A DNA stretch of 63,918 bases, filler included, from Paramecium tetraurelia (lineage: Eukaryota), in the NCBI GenBank assembly GCA_000165425.1. It is 9 parts of 9 records of this genome, joined end to end, with 100 filler letters (N's around TTAATTAATTAA, not from the genome) between each part and the next. Parts side by side here need not be neighbours in the genome. Positions count along the whole stretch, not along the records: positions 1 to 1,233 come from CT868681.1; positions 1,334 to 6,671 come from CT867989.1; positions 6,772 to 14,638 come from CT868009.1; 6 more parts are not named here. One strand, written 5' to 3'. The notes under the pieces are model-generated. The model was not told the origin of the DNA, did not search any database, and worked only from the letters and a program-made list of their open reading frames with translations. Position numbers and translations under genes: made by a program. Shown here piece by piece: positions 1-11,130 of the stretch. How positions within the stretch are numbered: position 1 is the stretch's first letter; each line of letters starts with the position of its first letter.

Positions 1-400
1 TAAATAAAAACCCTGAAGATTCTATAATTTTTAATAACAAGGGTATATTACAGTATGAATGATTTCTTAGCTAACACATTACAAAAAATGAACAAACTCG
101 AAGATGCTTTATTAAATTATGATTTGGCAATTTAGAGAAACCCAAATATTTCTTAATATTATTATAATAAGGGTATGTTTCTCAAATTAAGAATTTTAGC
201 CATCGCCTTAGAAAAACTAAATAGTTTAGAAAAAGCTTTGGAAAATTATGATTTAGCAATTTCAATAAACCCTGAAGAATAAATCTATTATTATGCAAAA
301 GGTAAAATTATGTAGGTATATCTTATAGCTGAAGCTTTAATTAAATAAACGGATAGAATAATTATATAAATCTGAAAAGGCATCGAAATATTATTAATGA
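1..400 (+). CDS. TPR-repeat protein, partial (5' truncated, 3' end uncertain or degenerate)
   Basis: Table-6 translation after removing GT..AG introns 43-70, 173-199 and 302-328 gives ..NPEDSIIFNNK/ANTLQKMNKLEDALLNYDLAIQRNPNISQYYYNK/AIALEKLNSLEKALENYDLAISINPEEQIYYYAK/AEAL.., which are canonical 34-aa TPRs. Confidence 0.85.
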
Positions 401-1023
401 AAAGCTTCAAAAAACAGAAATCAAAAATGAAATTGAATTCAATTATTTATATAAGTTGCTTGAAGCTATTATAATTCAAAATGGTTATTTATTCTTTAAG
501 CAAACAAACTCTAGATTTCAATATATGAAATTGAGATATGGGATTGGTTTTTACTATCTAGTAACTACCTACCTAGTGATAGTACTATGTTCTGGACAAC
601 TAGATAAATGCAAAAATGGAGACCGGCGTTGGCATAGGTATAGGTGATGGTAATGGCGAATCGACAAAGGATTTAATTAATGCTTTGCCTTGATAAATAA
701 AAAAATCGTATTTGTTGGCTTTTATTCGACAGAAAAAAATGAAAAAAATTTCTATATAAAAAAAAAATTTTTAAATTAATAAACATTGAATCCTATTTAT
801 TCAGCTAATTAAAGAAATATACATTAGAAAATATTGAGTTACATAGAAAAAACATGAATAACAATTATTGTAAAAAATATAAAAAAGTAGAAAATTGGAA
901 ACTTATTGTAAATTGAAACTTTAAACAAACTTTAAAATACAAACCTCCCTTCTAGACCTTCAAGTAGAAGGGCTTCGTAGTGTCCTAGACATACTCTTGG
1001 ATCTCTCAAGTTTTCCCACCGCC

Positions 1024-1200
1024 TTGGGGTTGGGGTTCGGGTTTGGGGTTTGGGTTTGGGTTTGGGGTTGGGTTTGGGTTTGGGGTTGGGGTTTGCGGTT
1101 CGGGTTTGGGTTTGGGTTTGGGTTTCCCTTCTGGGATTGGGTTTGGGTTTGGCTTCGGGGTTGGGGTTGGGGTTGACATTGGGGTTGGGGTTGGGCGCTG
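1024..1200 (+). repeat. Macronuclear telomere, G-strand (TTGGGG/TTTGGG mix), low-quality toward the end
   Basis: Tandem ttgggg/tttggg repeats at the contig end. Mixed T2G4/T3G3 repeats are characteristic of Paramecium. Confidence 0.93.
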
Positions 1201-1233
1201 GGGCTGCCGGTACTACTACACGATACGAGATAG

Positions 1234-1333
1234 NNNNNNNNNNNNNNNNNNNNNNNNNNNNNNNNNNNNNNNNNNNNTTAATTAATTAANNNNNNNNNNN
1301 NNNNNNNNNNNNNNNNNNNNNNNNNNNNNNNNN
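1234..1333. other. Artificial contig linker N-TTAATTAATTAA-N (also at about 6672, 14639, 26622, 48145, 51660, 54544 and 58819)
   Basis: An identical 12-mer flanked by N runs recurs 8 times; it is a six-frame-stop spacer used to concatenate contigs. Confidence 0.97.
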
Positions 1334-4062
1334 ATGTTTAAATTTATTTAATCAAGGATATATATTTGTTGAAATAAATGGAATATGGTCCAATTCCCAT
1401 TTGGATACAACCAGAGTTGTTTTACTTTTATATAGTTATAGTCCAACACAATCTAATCCATAGATTTATCAGACTAATCAGCGATTCATGAATAATTATT
1501 ATAAAGTATTTAATAATTATTAATGAATCATTAAAACCCATACTAATTTTTGAACTTTTAATTTGTCAGTGTTAAAGTAATGCTGATTGTTGATTGGCTG
1601 TACTACTAAAGCTATTCGAAAAAAGATAGGTATTTTTGCATTAGAGTATAAAGCAAAAATATTAAATAATAAAAAATACAAACTAGCAATTCAAAATTCT
1701 CGATGGGAAAATAAGTGAATTTTCTATAGATCCACATACAATCATTGATCCTTCACTTGTTAAGATTTATTGAGTGAAATACAATAACTTATAATTGTGC
1801 TATTCTTTATAAATAAGAGATCCTTCGAAGTATAGATAGCAATAGGTAGTTTCTTATTGACCATATGGTAGAGCATTTTTTAATAAAATTTAAGGGGTGA
1901 ATTTAACGTATTAAATCATTTCACTAAATATTTGAGGCTTGTTTCAAATTAAGAAAAATTTGCACATTAAATTTAGATATTTTTTATAGCCTTAATTTTT
2001 CTTTTGACTTTTGACTTGATTATGTTTGTTGAAGGAAAATATCATGAGTCAAAAATGGCAAAAGTGCCTTCATCATAGTATGCCTATAACGTGCTGAGAC
2101 TGCTAAGCTTTTCAATAAAAGTACAAAATTGTTATGAAAATGTTTTGATTTTTCACCACTTCAATTTTTTAACTTTTTTAATCACTTTGATTAATTAAGA
2201 GAAGATAGTGTCTAGGCACAAGAAAAAAATCAAAACCAAAGAAAAGAGAATAGTAAAAAATAGAATTAACCAAAGAAAAAATCTATTTAGTAAGGGAAGA
2301 AATCACTAAATTACAAAAGGATGGTTCTCGATATCTTGAGTCTCCCATGTTAAGTTAGAGCAACTACAATATTTTTTAAAACAAACCACAAATAAGAAAT
2401 TAATCACTTCTAAATAAAGAAGATTAATTTTAAATGATTATTGTTAAAGTTTGATCAAAGCTCTTTTAAAGTCCGTAGAATTGATAATAATCTCTAATTG
2501 AATATCGAGTCGCGCTTTAATTAACAATTCATATAGGTTAATTTAAATTTACAGAAAGCAGTTGTTTTTAAGATAATGAGAAATGACCTAAAAATATTTA
2601 AAATTTTATCTAATTTCCCATCAATAAAAAACTTGTAACAATTCCTTAAAAAAATTTCTTTCAAAATTAATTTAACCTTTATGAAAAAAAATACAATTGT
2701 GTCTCTTTTTGTTCAATTTATGAAAAAAAGATATGTTTGGCTTTTGAAATATTTTGCACAATCTAATCGTTTCAATAAGTTATTAATTTTGAGTATTTTG
2801 ACTAAAGGCTTTTGATTTATGATTTAAGTTAATAAAATCGTTAAAATTAGAAATAGTTTCATCTTTGTATTATTGCTAATTGTTTATTATAAAAAAAATT
2901 AGATTTAAGTTTCTAAATAGCAGTTTGATGCGGCTCTCTGTAAATCAATTAATATTTTTTACTTAAATTGAAAAAAGATTAGCTTTTGCAATATTGTAAA
3001 GATGATTAATTATATTTTTGTAGAATTTTGAAAAAAAAATATTTGGTTTAAAAATATTCTTTCATTATATTTTATAGAGACATTTCTAGTTTACTAAACC
3101 ATTAGTAGACATTAATCTAATAAATTACTATAATATTCTAAGCCAAAAAAGATAGATCATTTGGGATCAAGTATAATTTTTTTTCACATCTAAACTAATA
3201 TATATGTTTTTATTGCAATTCTACAAAATCTTGACATTTTGCAATCACGACTTTACTTATTATAATTAATTAAAGAATCTCTCATTTCTCATAAAATGAT
3301 TTCTTTAGCCAATTGCTTTAGAATTATGGTTTTAACCAATTTAATTCAATTTAGCTTAGCTAATTTATATACAATTAGTTTTTCCGAACCCTAACCTTAT
3401 TCCATTTTATAAGTTTGGGTTTATTATGCTTCCTCATGCAGAGAAACTTGCAATTCATAACACTCTAATATCGTAAAAAACCTAAGATTATTGTTTTGAA
3501 CAAATTAGGTTGATTGTTTATATCTCTGCTGATATTAAATAATTTTTTCAAGTAAGTAAAATTCCTTTATAATCTACTTTGATTTTCATAATTTTAATTC
3601 ACTAATTAAATAAAATGACAATATTTTTATATATTTTTTTAATGTGCAATTTGTTAAAGAGATGTCTGTGAAATTATTAATTGTATATAATTGAATGCAA
3701 TTTAATTAAAAATTATAGAAGGATTAAAATTAAAATTAAAAGATTATACAAAATATTAAAATATTATATACCTAATGTTCTTTTTAATAAACATTTTAAA
3801 AACCAATTTATCAATTTTTTGGTTCACTTTCTAAAATGCAGCATCCACTTTATATAAATAAATTTCCTCGCCGTGTCTCGAAGCACGCCTCTTATGGGCA
3901 ACGGCGCTTATGNNNNNNNNNNNNNNNNNNNNNNNNNNNNNNNNNNNNNNNNNNNNNNNNNNNNNNNNNNNNNNNNNNNNNNNNNNNNNNNNNNNNNNNN
4001 NNNNNNNNNNNNNNNNNNNNNNNNNNNNNNNNNNNNNNNNNNNNNNNNNNNNNNNNNNNNNN

Positions 4063-6671
4063 TTAAATCCATACCCAAATGACTTATAAATTTTCCTTGA
4101 TAGATCTTTGCTCCTTACATTTAGAATATTAATTAGGAAGATATAAGAAGAATAGTCATATTGTTGCTTACTCAAAATAATCAAAAAAAATACCATCTGG
4201 ATTCTTTAAATTATCGTTGTTGTTATAAATTGGAACTTGAATTATCAAATTTGTTTTATTTGATAAGGGTTAGGTGTATTATCTTTATCTCACATCGCAT
4301 AAGCTAGCATTACTATTATCATCTGAATTGAGCTTTTTATCTATCCGTTCGATTTGTTGGGGCACGGACCTGAAGCCACCGACTTAACTCCACAACCAAA
4401 TGATAATATAGTACCATCAGGAGAGAAATTGACTGAATTAACTGTTGATGAATGACCATCTAATTTGGCTTTTTATTATCCTGTCTTAACATCCCATAAA
4501 CGGATGGAGTTATCCAAACTACCAGATGCTAATGTAGTACCATCAGGAGAGAAATTGACTGAATTAACCGTTGATGAATGACCATCTAATTTGGCTTTTT
4601 ATTATCCTGTCTTAACATCCCATAAACGGATGGAGTTATCCAAACTACCAGATGCTAATGTAGTACCATCAGGAGAGAAATTGACTGAATTAACTGTTGA
4701 TGAATGACCATCTAATTTGGCTTTTTATTATCCTGTCTTAACATCCCATAAACGGATGGAGTTATCCAAACTACCAGATGCTAATGTAGTACCATCAGGA
4801 GAGAAATTGACTGAATTAACTGTTGATGAATGACCATCTAATTTGGCTTTTTATTATCCTGTCTTAACATCCCATAAACGGATGGAGTTATCCAAACTAC
4901 CAGATGCTAATGTAGTACCATCAGGAGAGAAATTGACTGAATTAACTGTTGATGAATGACCATCTAATTTGGCTTTTTATTATCCTGTCTTAACATCCCA
5001 TAAACGGATGGAGTTATCCAAACTACCAGATGCTAATGTAGTACCATCAGGAGAGAAATTGACTGAATAAACTGTTGATGAATGACCATCTAATTTGGCT
5101 TTTTATTATCCTGTCTTAACATCCCATAAACGGATAGAGTTATCATCACTACCAGATGCTAATGTAGTACCATCAGGAGAGAAATTGACTGACCATACTG
5201 CTGATGAATGACCATCTAATTTGGCTTTTTATTATCCTGTCTTAACATCCCTTAAATAAATAGAGTTGTTACCCTCATTACCAAATGCTTTTGTAGTACC
5301 AATAGAAGAGAATGATAGAAAATCATCATTATTATCATATAATTTGACTTTTTATTAATCTGCCTTAAAATGTATATTTTGGTTAATATCTGTGAAATTA
5401 GTCTTTTTTTCACTTCTACTTACTTTTAAACTATTTATTTATTTTTTATCAAATCTCTTTATAGTTTCCCATATTCGAATAGATTAATCATAACTTCCAG
5501 ATGCTACATTTGTACCTTTTTATGAAAAGCATACTGAATAGACTCCACATTTATGACCGATTAATTTTGATTATTGTTACCCAGATTTCACATCCCATAA
5601 ACGGATAGATTAGTCTGCACTTCCAGATAGTATTGTAGTACCATCAGGGGAGAAACACACTGAAATAACTCCTCCACTATGACCTTATAATTTTGATATT
5701 TGTTATCCTTCCTTAACATCCCACAATCGGATTGACTTATCATCACTACCAGATGCTAATAGATTACCATTTGGAGAGAAGCAAATAGAATAAACTTAAT
5801 GTGTATGTCCAAAAAATTATGATGCTTATTAACCTGTTTTTGCATTCCATAATCGAATACACTTATCCTCACCACAAGATGCTAATGTAAATATATCAGG
5901 TGAGAAACATACTGAAGAGACATAACCGTTATGACCCTCTAATCGTTATATTTCTTTCCCTGTAATAATATCCCATAAGCGGATAGTCTTATCTCCACTA
6001 CCAGATGCTAAGGTTATTCCATCAAATGAAAAGCTTATTGTTGAGACATAACCATTATGACCTTCTAATCTATATTTTTCCTCCCCTGTCTTAATATCCC
6101 ATAAGCGGATAGATTTATCTCTACTACCAGATGCTAATAAAGTTCCATCCTTAGAAAAACAGACTTAAAAGATTTCACTACAATGACCTTTTAATATTTA
6201 TCTTTCTTGCCCTGTCTTAACATCCCATAATCGGATCGTCTTATCTCCACTACCAGACGCTAATAAAGTATCATCTGGAGAGTAACAGACTGATCTAACA
6301 TAATTACTATGACCATATCCTCCAGATTTATCATGCACAATATTAACATCCCATATACGAATAGATTTATCTCCACTACTAGATGCTAATGTAGTACCAT
6401 TAGGAGAAAAGCTTACTGATAAAACTCCACATGTGTGGCCCTCTAGTTAAGCTTTCTATTTCCCTGTCTATACATACCATAAACGAATAGATTTATCTCT
6501 ACCCCCAGATGCTAATGTGCTGCCATCAGGGGAGAAGCTTATTGACCATACTGTACCGTTATGACCCTCTAATTTTTATTTTAATTCTCTAGACTTAACA
6601 TCCCATAAATAAATAGAGCTATCGTAGCTGCATGATGCAAGCATAGTGCTGTCAGGAGAATAACATATTGA
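4063..6671 (-). CDS. WD40-repeat protein of the expanded Paramecium family (often pentapeptide/NACHT-associated); both ends cut by gaps
   Basis: About 17 WD repeats at a 126-nt period, e.g. [42 protein letters not shown], followed by a family-like C-terminal tail ([29 protein letters not shown]). Confidence 0.92.
4411..5260 (-). repeat. About 7 near-identical 126-bp tandem WD40 units
   Basis: gtaccatcaggagagaaattgactga recurs at 4411, 4537, 4663, 4789, 4915, 5041 and 5167. Confidence 0.97.
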
Positions 6672-6794
6672 NNNNNNNNNNNNNNNNNNNNNNNNNNNNN
6701 NNNNNNNNNNNNNNNTTAATTAATTAANNNNNNNNNNNNNNNNNNNNNNNNNNNNNNNNNNNNNNNNNNNNTTTGTTTTATATAGTTTTTAAAA

Positions 6795-8929
6795 ATGATC
6801 ATAAAGTTAGTTGTGCTGATATTATGTGTGATTGCATCGGATAATTGGAATCAACAGCATCAGTATTTCAACACAACCACTTTAACAGACTCTGAAGGTA
6901 TTATTAATATATATTTAGGCTGGTGGGTTCAGGGAAACAAAGGATAAAATATTAGCACTTGCGGCAATGTTTAATTGTTTGGAGGTTTTAATGCGTTTGG
7001 AACTGGAGCTGCTGTTTCAAACTTAATTCCTCTAGATCCGCATTTTAAAATACGCGTTACTTTCTAGTTTTGGAAGTATTAATGATTGTTAAGTTAAGAA
7101 TAGATAGTTGGGATAACGAAATTGTATATTATATACTAGGTGATAATGTTTAACAGAGATCTTGGTTTTGGAGTTCTGGAAATTCGATATGTGGGAATAC
7201 AGATTATTAGAGTGAGTGGAAAGAAGTTATAGTAGAAGAGAAATTCGAATTTTTGCACTAAGAACCAACACTTGCAGTAATAATCAAAACTACTTTAGAT
7301 GAGAGTCCTAATAATGTATTTATATAATTAATAAAAGGAATCTTGGGGATTTAGAAATTTTATAGTGGAGGTAGTCCTATGTTCACCAGGATGTTTAAGT
7401 TGTAGTAATGATACACCTGATGAATGCTTATATTATGTACCAATTGAAGTGAATTGGTTTGATAGTTTTAATTTTGATGGATGGCTTCTTGATAATTAAT
7501 AGTTTGTTGGAATCAGCTAATGCGCCAACATGACAGTAATAGGAGGAGTTGGCCTTATTTCAGGAAATAAATAGTTAGCAAAGAAATATACATCTTTAAT
7601 TCCACATTATAAACTAAAGTTACAAGTTCAGTTTTGGAAATTTGACTTTTGGAATAATAATAAATTTACTTTAGAGATTGATGGGCAAAAATGTTAAGAA
7701 GCAGTTTTTAATTAATTTGAGGTTATTCCTCTTTGTGGTGATAGTAATGGGGCTGAAAAGTTGTTAGACATTCGTCAGGAGTTGACTCATACATCCGATA
7801 GTCTGTAGATTTGTATGTATTCTGACCTTATTGCTGCAAATGCTTTTTGGGGATTACGAGGCTTTAGATTATTTCTCGCAAAATGCGATGCCACATGCCT
7901 TACCTGTTCTGGACCAAACAAAAATGACTGTCAATCTTGCCAACCTGGATACAGACATGAAAATAATGAGTGTTTAGATGGTAAATTTAAAATAATATTT
8001 TAGTAAAATGGATCTTGGGTTTATCACAGTATTTTTAACCTCAGGATTTTCAAATTCAACCTGGTTGGACTATATCAAATATTTACTATAATCAATCTCC
8101 ATTTTAAATATGTGCTAATACAAATCTAGTAGGAGGGTACTCATTGTTATCTAAGGATTCTGAAATAGCCTTAACTATGGATTTACCTAAACATATAAAA
8201 GTAAGAGTCAAAGTATAATTTTGGAAATTTGATACTTGGGATAATGAATGGCTTCAAGTATATGCAAATGGAAATAGAGTTTATTAAGAATAATTTGGAT
8301 TGACTGGAGTTCAAGTAATTTGCGGATCAACTATTTCTAATGCTTATGCAAAATATTTAGATTTTGAATTTATTCACAAGAACCCATCTATCAATTTGGT
8401 TATGACAACTACTTTAAATGAAAATGCAGTTAACGAATCTTGGGGAATCAGAAATTTTTAATTATTTTATGGAATTATACAGGAATGCAGCTATTCTATT
8501 ATTGAGGCATTTAGTTTGCCCTCATTCATAGGAACTAAGAATATTTAAACATCATTTTATTCATTTGATCAATCATTGTAAAATAAATTGATAATTACTG
8601 AACTCGGGATCTCTCTGTATCCTGAGTTTGATGAAACAATAACTGTTGACTCTTCAATTAAAAAATTGACAATCTCAATCATTTGGAAATGTTTTTAAAC
8701 TGATCTAAATTTATCCATTACAATATTATAAAGCAGTTACCCAGATTACTAAACAAGAACAGTTATTTGTAAAACAAAACAATCCAATGTATTAAACTCC
8801 TAGGTAGTTTTGGAAAGAACAATAAAGTAAGAATCGTAACTTAGATTAGTAGCTACTTCAACATCCATTAAGGTAAATTAAATAATATAAACTTAAACTA
8901 TAAAGTAATACGAAATTGCAATTAACTGA
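6795..8929 (+). CDS. Secreted or surface protein with three repeats of a ciliate domain (QFWK.D.W.N...(ES)WG.R.F) and furin-like Cys repeats
   Basis: Signal peptide MIIKLVVLILCVIA; tiny introns near 6898, 7076, 7316 and 7981; CDATCLTCSGPNKNDCQSCQPGY; TGA at 8927. Confidence 0.8.
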
Positions 8930-9544
8930 TAATTAATATAAATTCTAATTATCAATATTATTATAAACCATTAATTTAAAGTATTTTACAAATTATAATA
9001 TTTGGTTCAAAGAGGAGGGACCAAAGCTTGATGGGAATTATAATTCATTTTTTAAAAATAAATCCAATAATTCTCTAATTATAAATATTGAATACCAAAA
9101 TAAAAGAGGGAAGAAAATATTAATAAATAATTAAATAGTTTATTTCGATTTCTTTCTCATTGCTTTACAAATGTGCAAGCGTTCTCCTTTAGGATTTATT
9201 CTACAAAGATACTCTATGAGCTGAAGAGTAGCCTCATTTTATAAAAAAAAAGATGCAATTTTAGTGGTTAATTAATGGTTAATTAATATTAAGTATATCT
9301 TTTAGAATTATTAATCATATTTAAAGGCAAATAGAAGTCTTTAGTTGTTTTACCATTTTATAATGAAGATATTTAATGAATTTCTTTTTCTAATATTTAA
9401 AAATAAATACTTTTAGCCTAAAATCTTTCTTGTTTGTAGTTTTTGGTTTTGTTGTTCAAATCTTGAATACACTTCTTTATTATCTAAATACGAATAAATT
9501 ATTGGCTGATTATAAAAAGTTTGTTTAAACCTAATATGATCTTA

Positions 9545-10953
9545 ATGAAAAGTGAATAATTTGACAGGACCTAACTTCATAGTTTAACAAGGTCTTCAAA
9601 AATTAGCGATAGCTTATTAAAAGGGAATCTGACTCCTTTAGTAATAGTTGAACTTGAGAAAAAAACAATTATAGATTTCTAATGAAGTTATTATTGGATT
9701 AGTTTTTAACTTTGGTAGTTTGTAATTTTAAATTACCGAAGAGCTCCATTAGTTATAAAATCAACTTGTTATTTGGTTACTTAAATAGAACAAAAATTTG
9801 GTTGATATCCAAAAGTATACTTAAGTGTTTCAACTTATAAGAAACGATTCGTTTGAAAATGGATAAATTAGCAGTAGACATTAAAAAGTATGGCAAGTGT
9901 GATAAGGCGATAAGATAAAATAAAAATGGAATAATGTAAAAAAATAGATTGAAAAGATATTTGGAGAGATTAGATTATTTTTTAATAAAGGCATTTCCCA
10001 TTAAAGAAATGAAATATCTTCAGTTAAAATTATTGAATTGTTGAAGTAAAAATCAATTACTTTAGAGATCTACTGTTAAAAATTGATAAGCAAATTATTT
10101 TGAAATTTTGTTCATAGGTAAGGACATATAGGGGGTAAAGTAAGCTATTAATTTTGGAAATCAAACTTTGAGGCAAATCATTAGATCAAACATTTTGGGA
10201 AGTATCTTAATCTTTATTGATTATGGCATAAAGAATCAAAATAAAATTTTTTAGCATCTTATTTCAACTCCAACTCAAATAGTGAATCAGCTACTAGAGA
10301 TTAAATTTAGAAAGATTACCTTTTCTTTTTAGTCTAACAGGATTAATGCAAATAGGATAGATCTTAATCATAGCATTTAATAGCATCCTTATAATTCTTT
10401 GAATTATGTACCTTTACTTGTCCCGTTAAATCATTTTTAGGACTAAAGGAAAAAACTTTATTGTAAAACTCTATTGTTTTCTATCATCTATAATATTAAC
10501 ACAATCTAATGAGTAGCTATTGGTTATTTAAATTATAAGAGTTAATGCTTGAACTTTATACTACTATTTAATACTTCATTTCAAATTTCTAAGAAACCCT
10601 TGAATTAATAAAAATTTCGTGATTTCATTAAATCTTATGTATCTGATAAATTGGCATCGACAACTATAGATTTAAACTTAAAAGTAGTCCTTTATTCAGA
10701 ATTATTATTTCTTTAAAAAAAGAACATAAACATGGAGTAAAATATGAAATTATTTTCTTTATTAGTTTTACAGTATTTCACACTAAATACGAATATTAAT
10801 TAATCATTCTCATCATCAAATTTAGAATAGATTTCTTCATCACATCTCCATTATTTCTTTAATTTTAAATTAGCGAAATAGATATTTTTTTAAATTTAAG
10901 TAGTATTAAGAAATAATATTTTGTAAAGTTTCCTTAACATCTATACAAATTGA
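9545..10953 (+). CDS. Hypothetical protein, possibly frameshifted or pseudogenic
   Basis: Long TGA-free stretches in table 6 (GKDIQGVKQAINFGNQTLRQIIRSNILGSIL..), but no recognisable motif and at least one frame break. Confidence 0.35.
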
Positions 10954-11130
10954 ATTCTTATTCTTTTGGCTCATAGTATTACTAGATATTCGAGCTAGCT
11001 TCTACAAAATTTAAAAATTAATGAATCTTCAAGGTTCATAGCCAATGAATCATTTAGATTATTAAATTCAACTATCTTCATTTAAAACTAGTAAATTTAA
11101 TCATATTTATTTTGTAATTTTCAATTTAAG

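Noticed and set aside
1278..1289. Recurrent TTAATTAATTAA palindrome as a possible breakage or regulatory motif
   Set aside because: It is always embedded in N runs, so it is an artificial concatenation linker. Gene adjacency across linkers is meaningless.
1043..1289. Gly-rich ORFs in the ORF track (also 14687-14887)
   Set aside because: These are translations of telomeric repeats and Ns.
1334..3700. Possible gene(s) in this AT-rich stretch, likewise 14810-15700, 22540-23700, 34600-35200 and 52800-54543
   Set aside because: Only short coding-like segments with stops in all frames and no recognisable motifs; I could not define a supportable gene model.
4411..5260. Regular repeats resembling a CRISPR array or DGR template
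   Set aside because: The units are contiguous 126-bp in-frame WD40 repeats with no unique spacers, and there is no RT or cas gene nearby.
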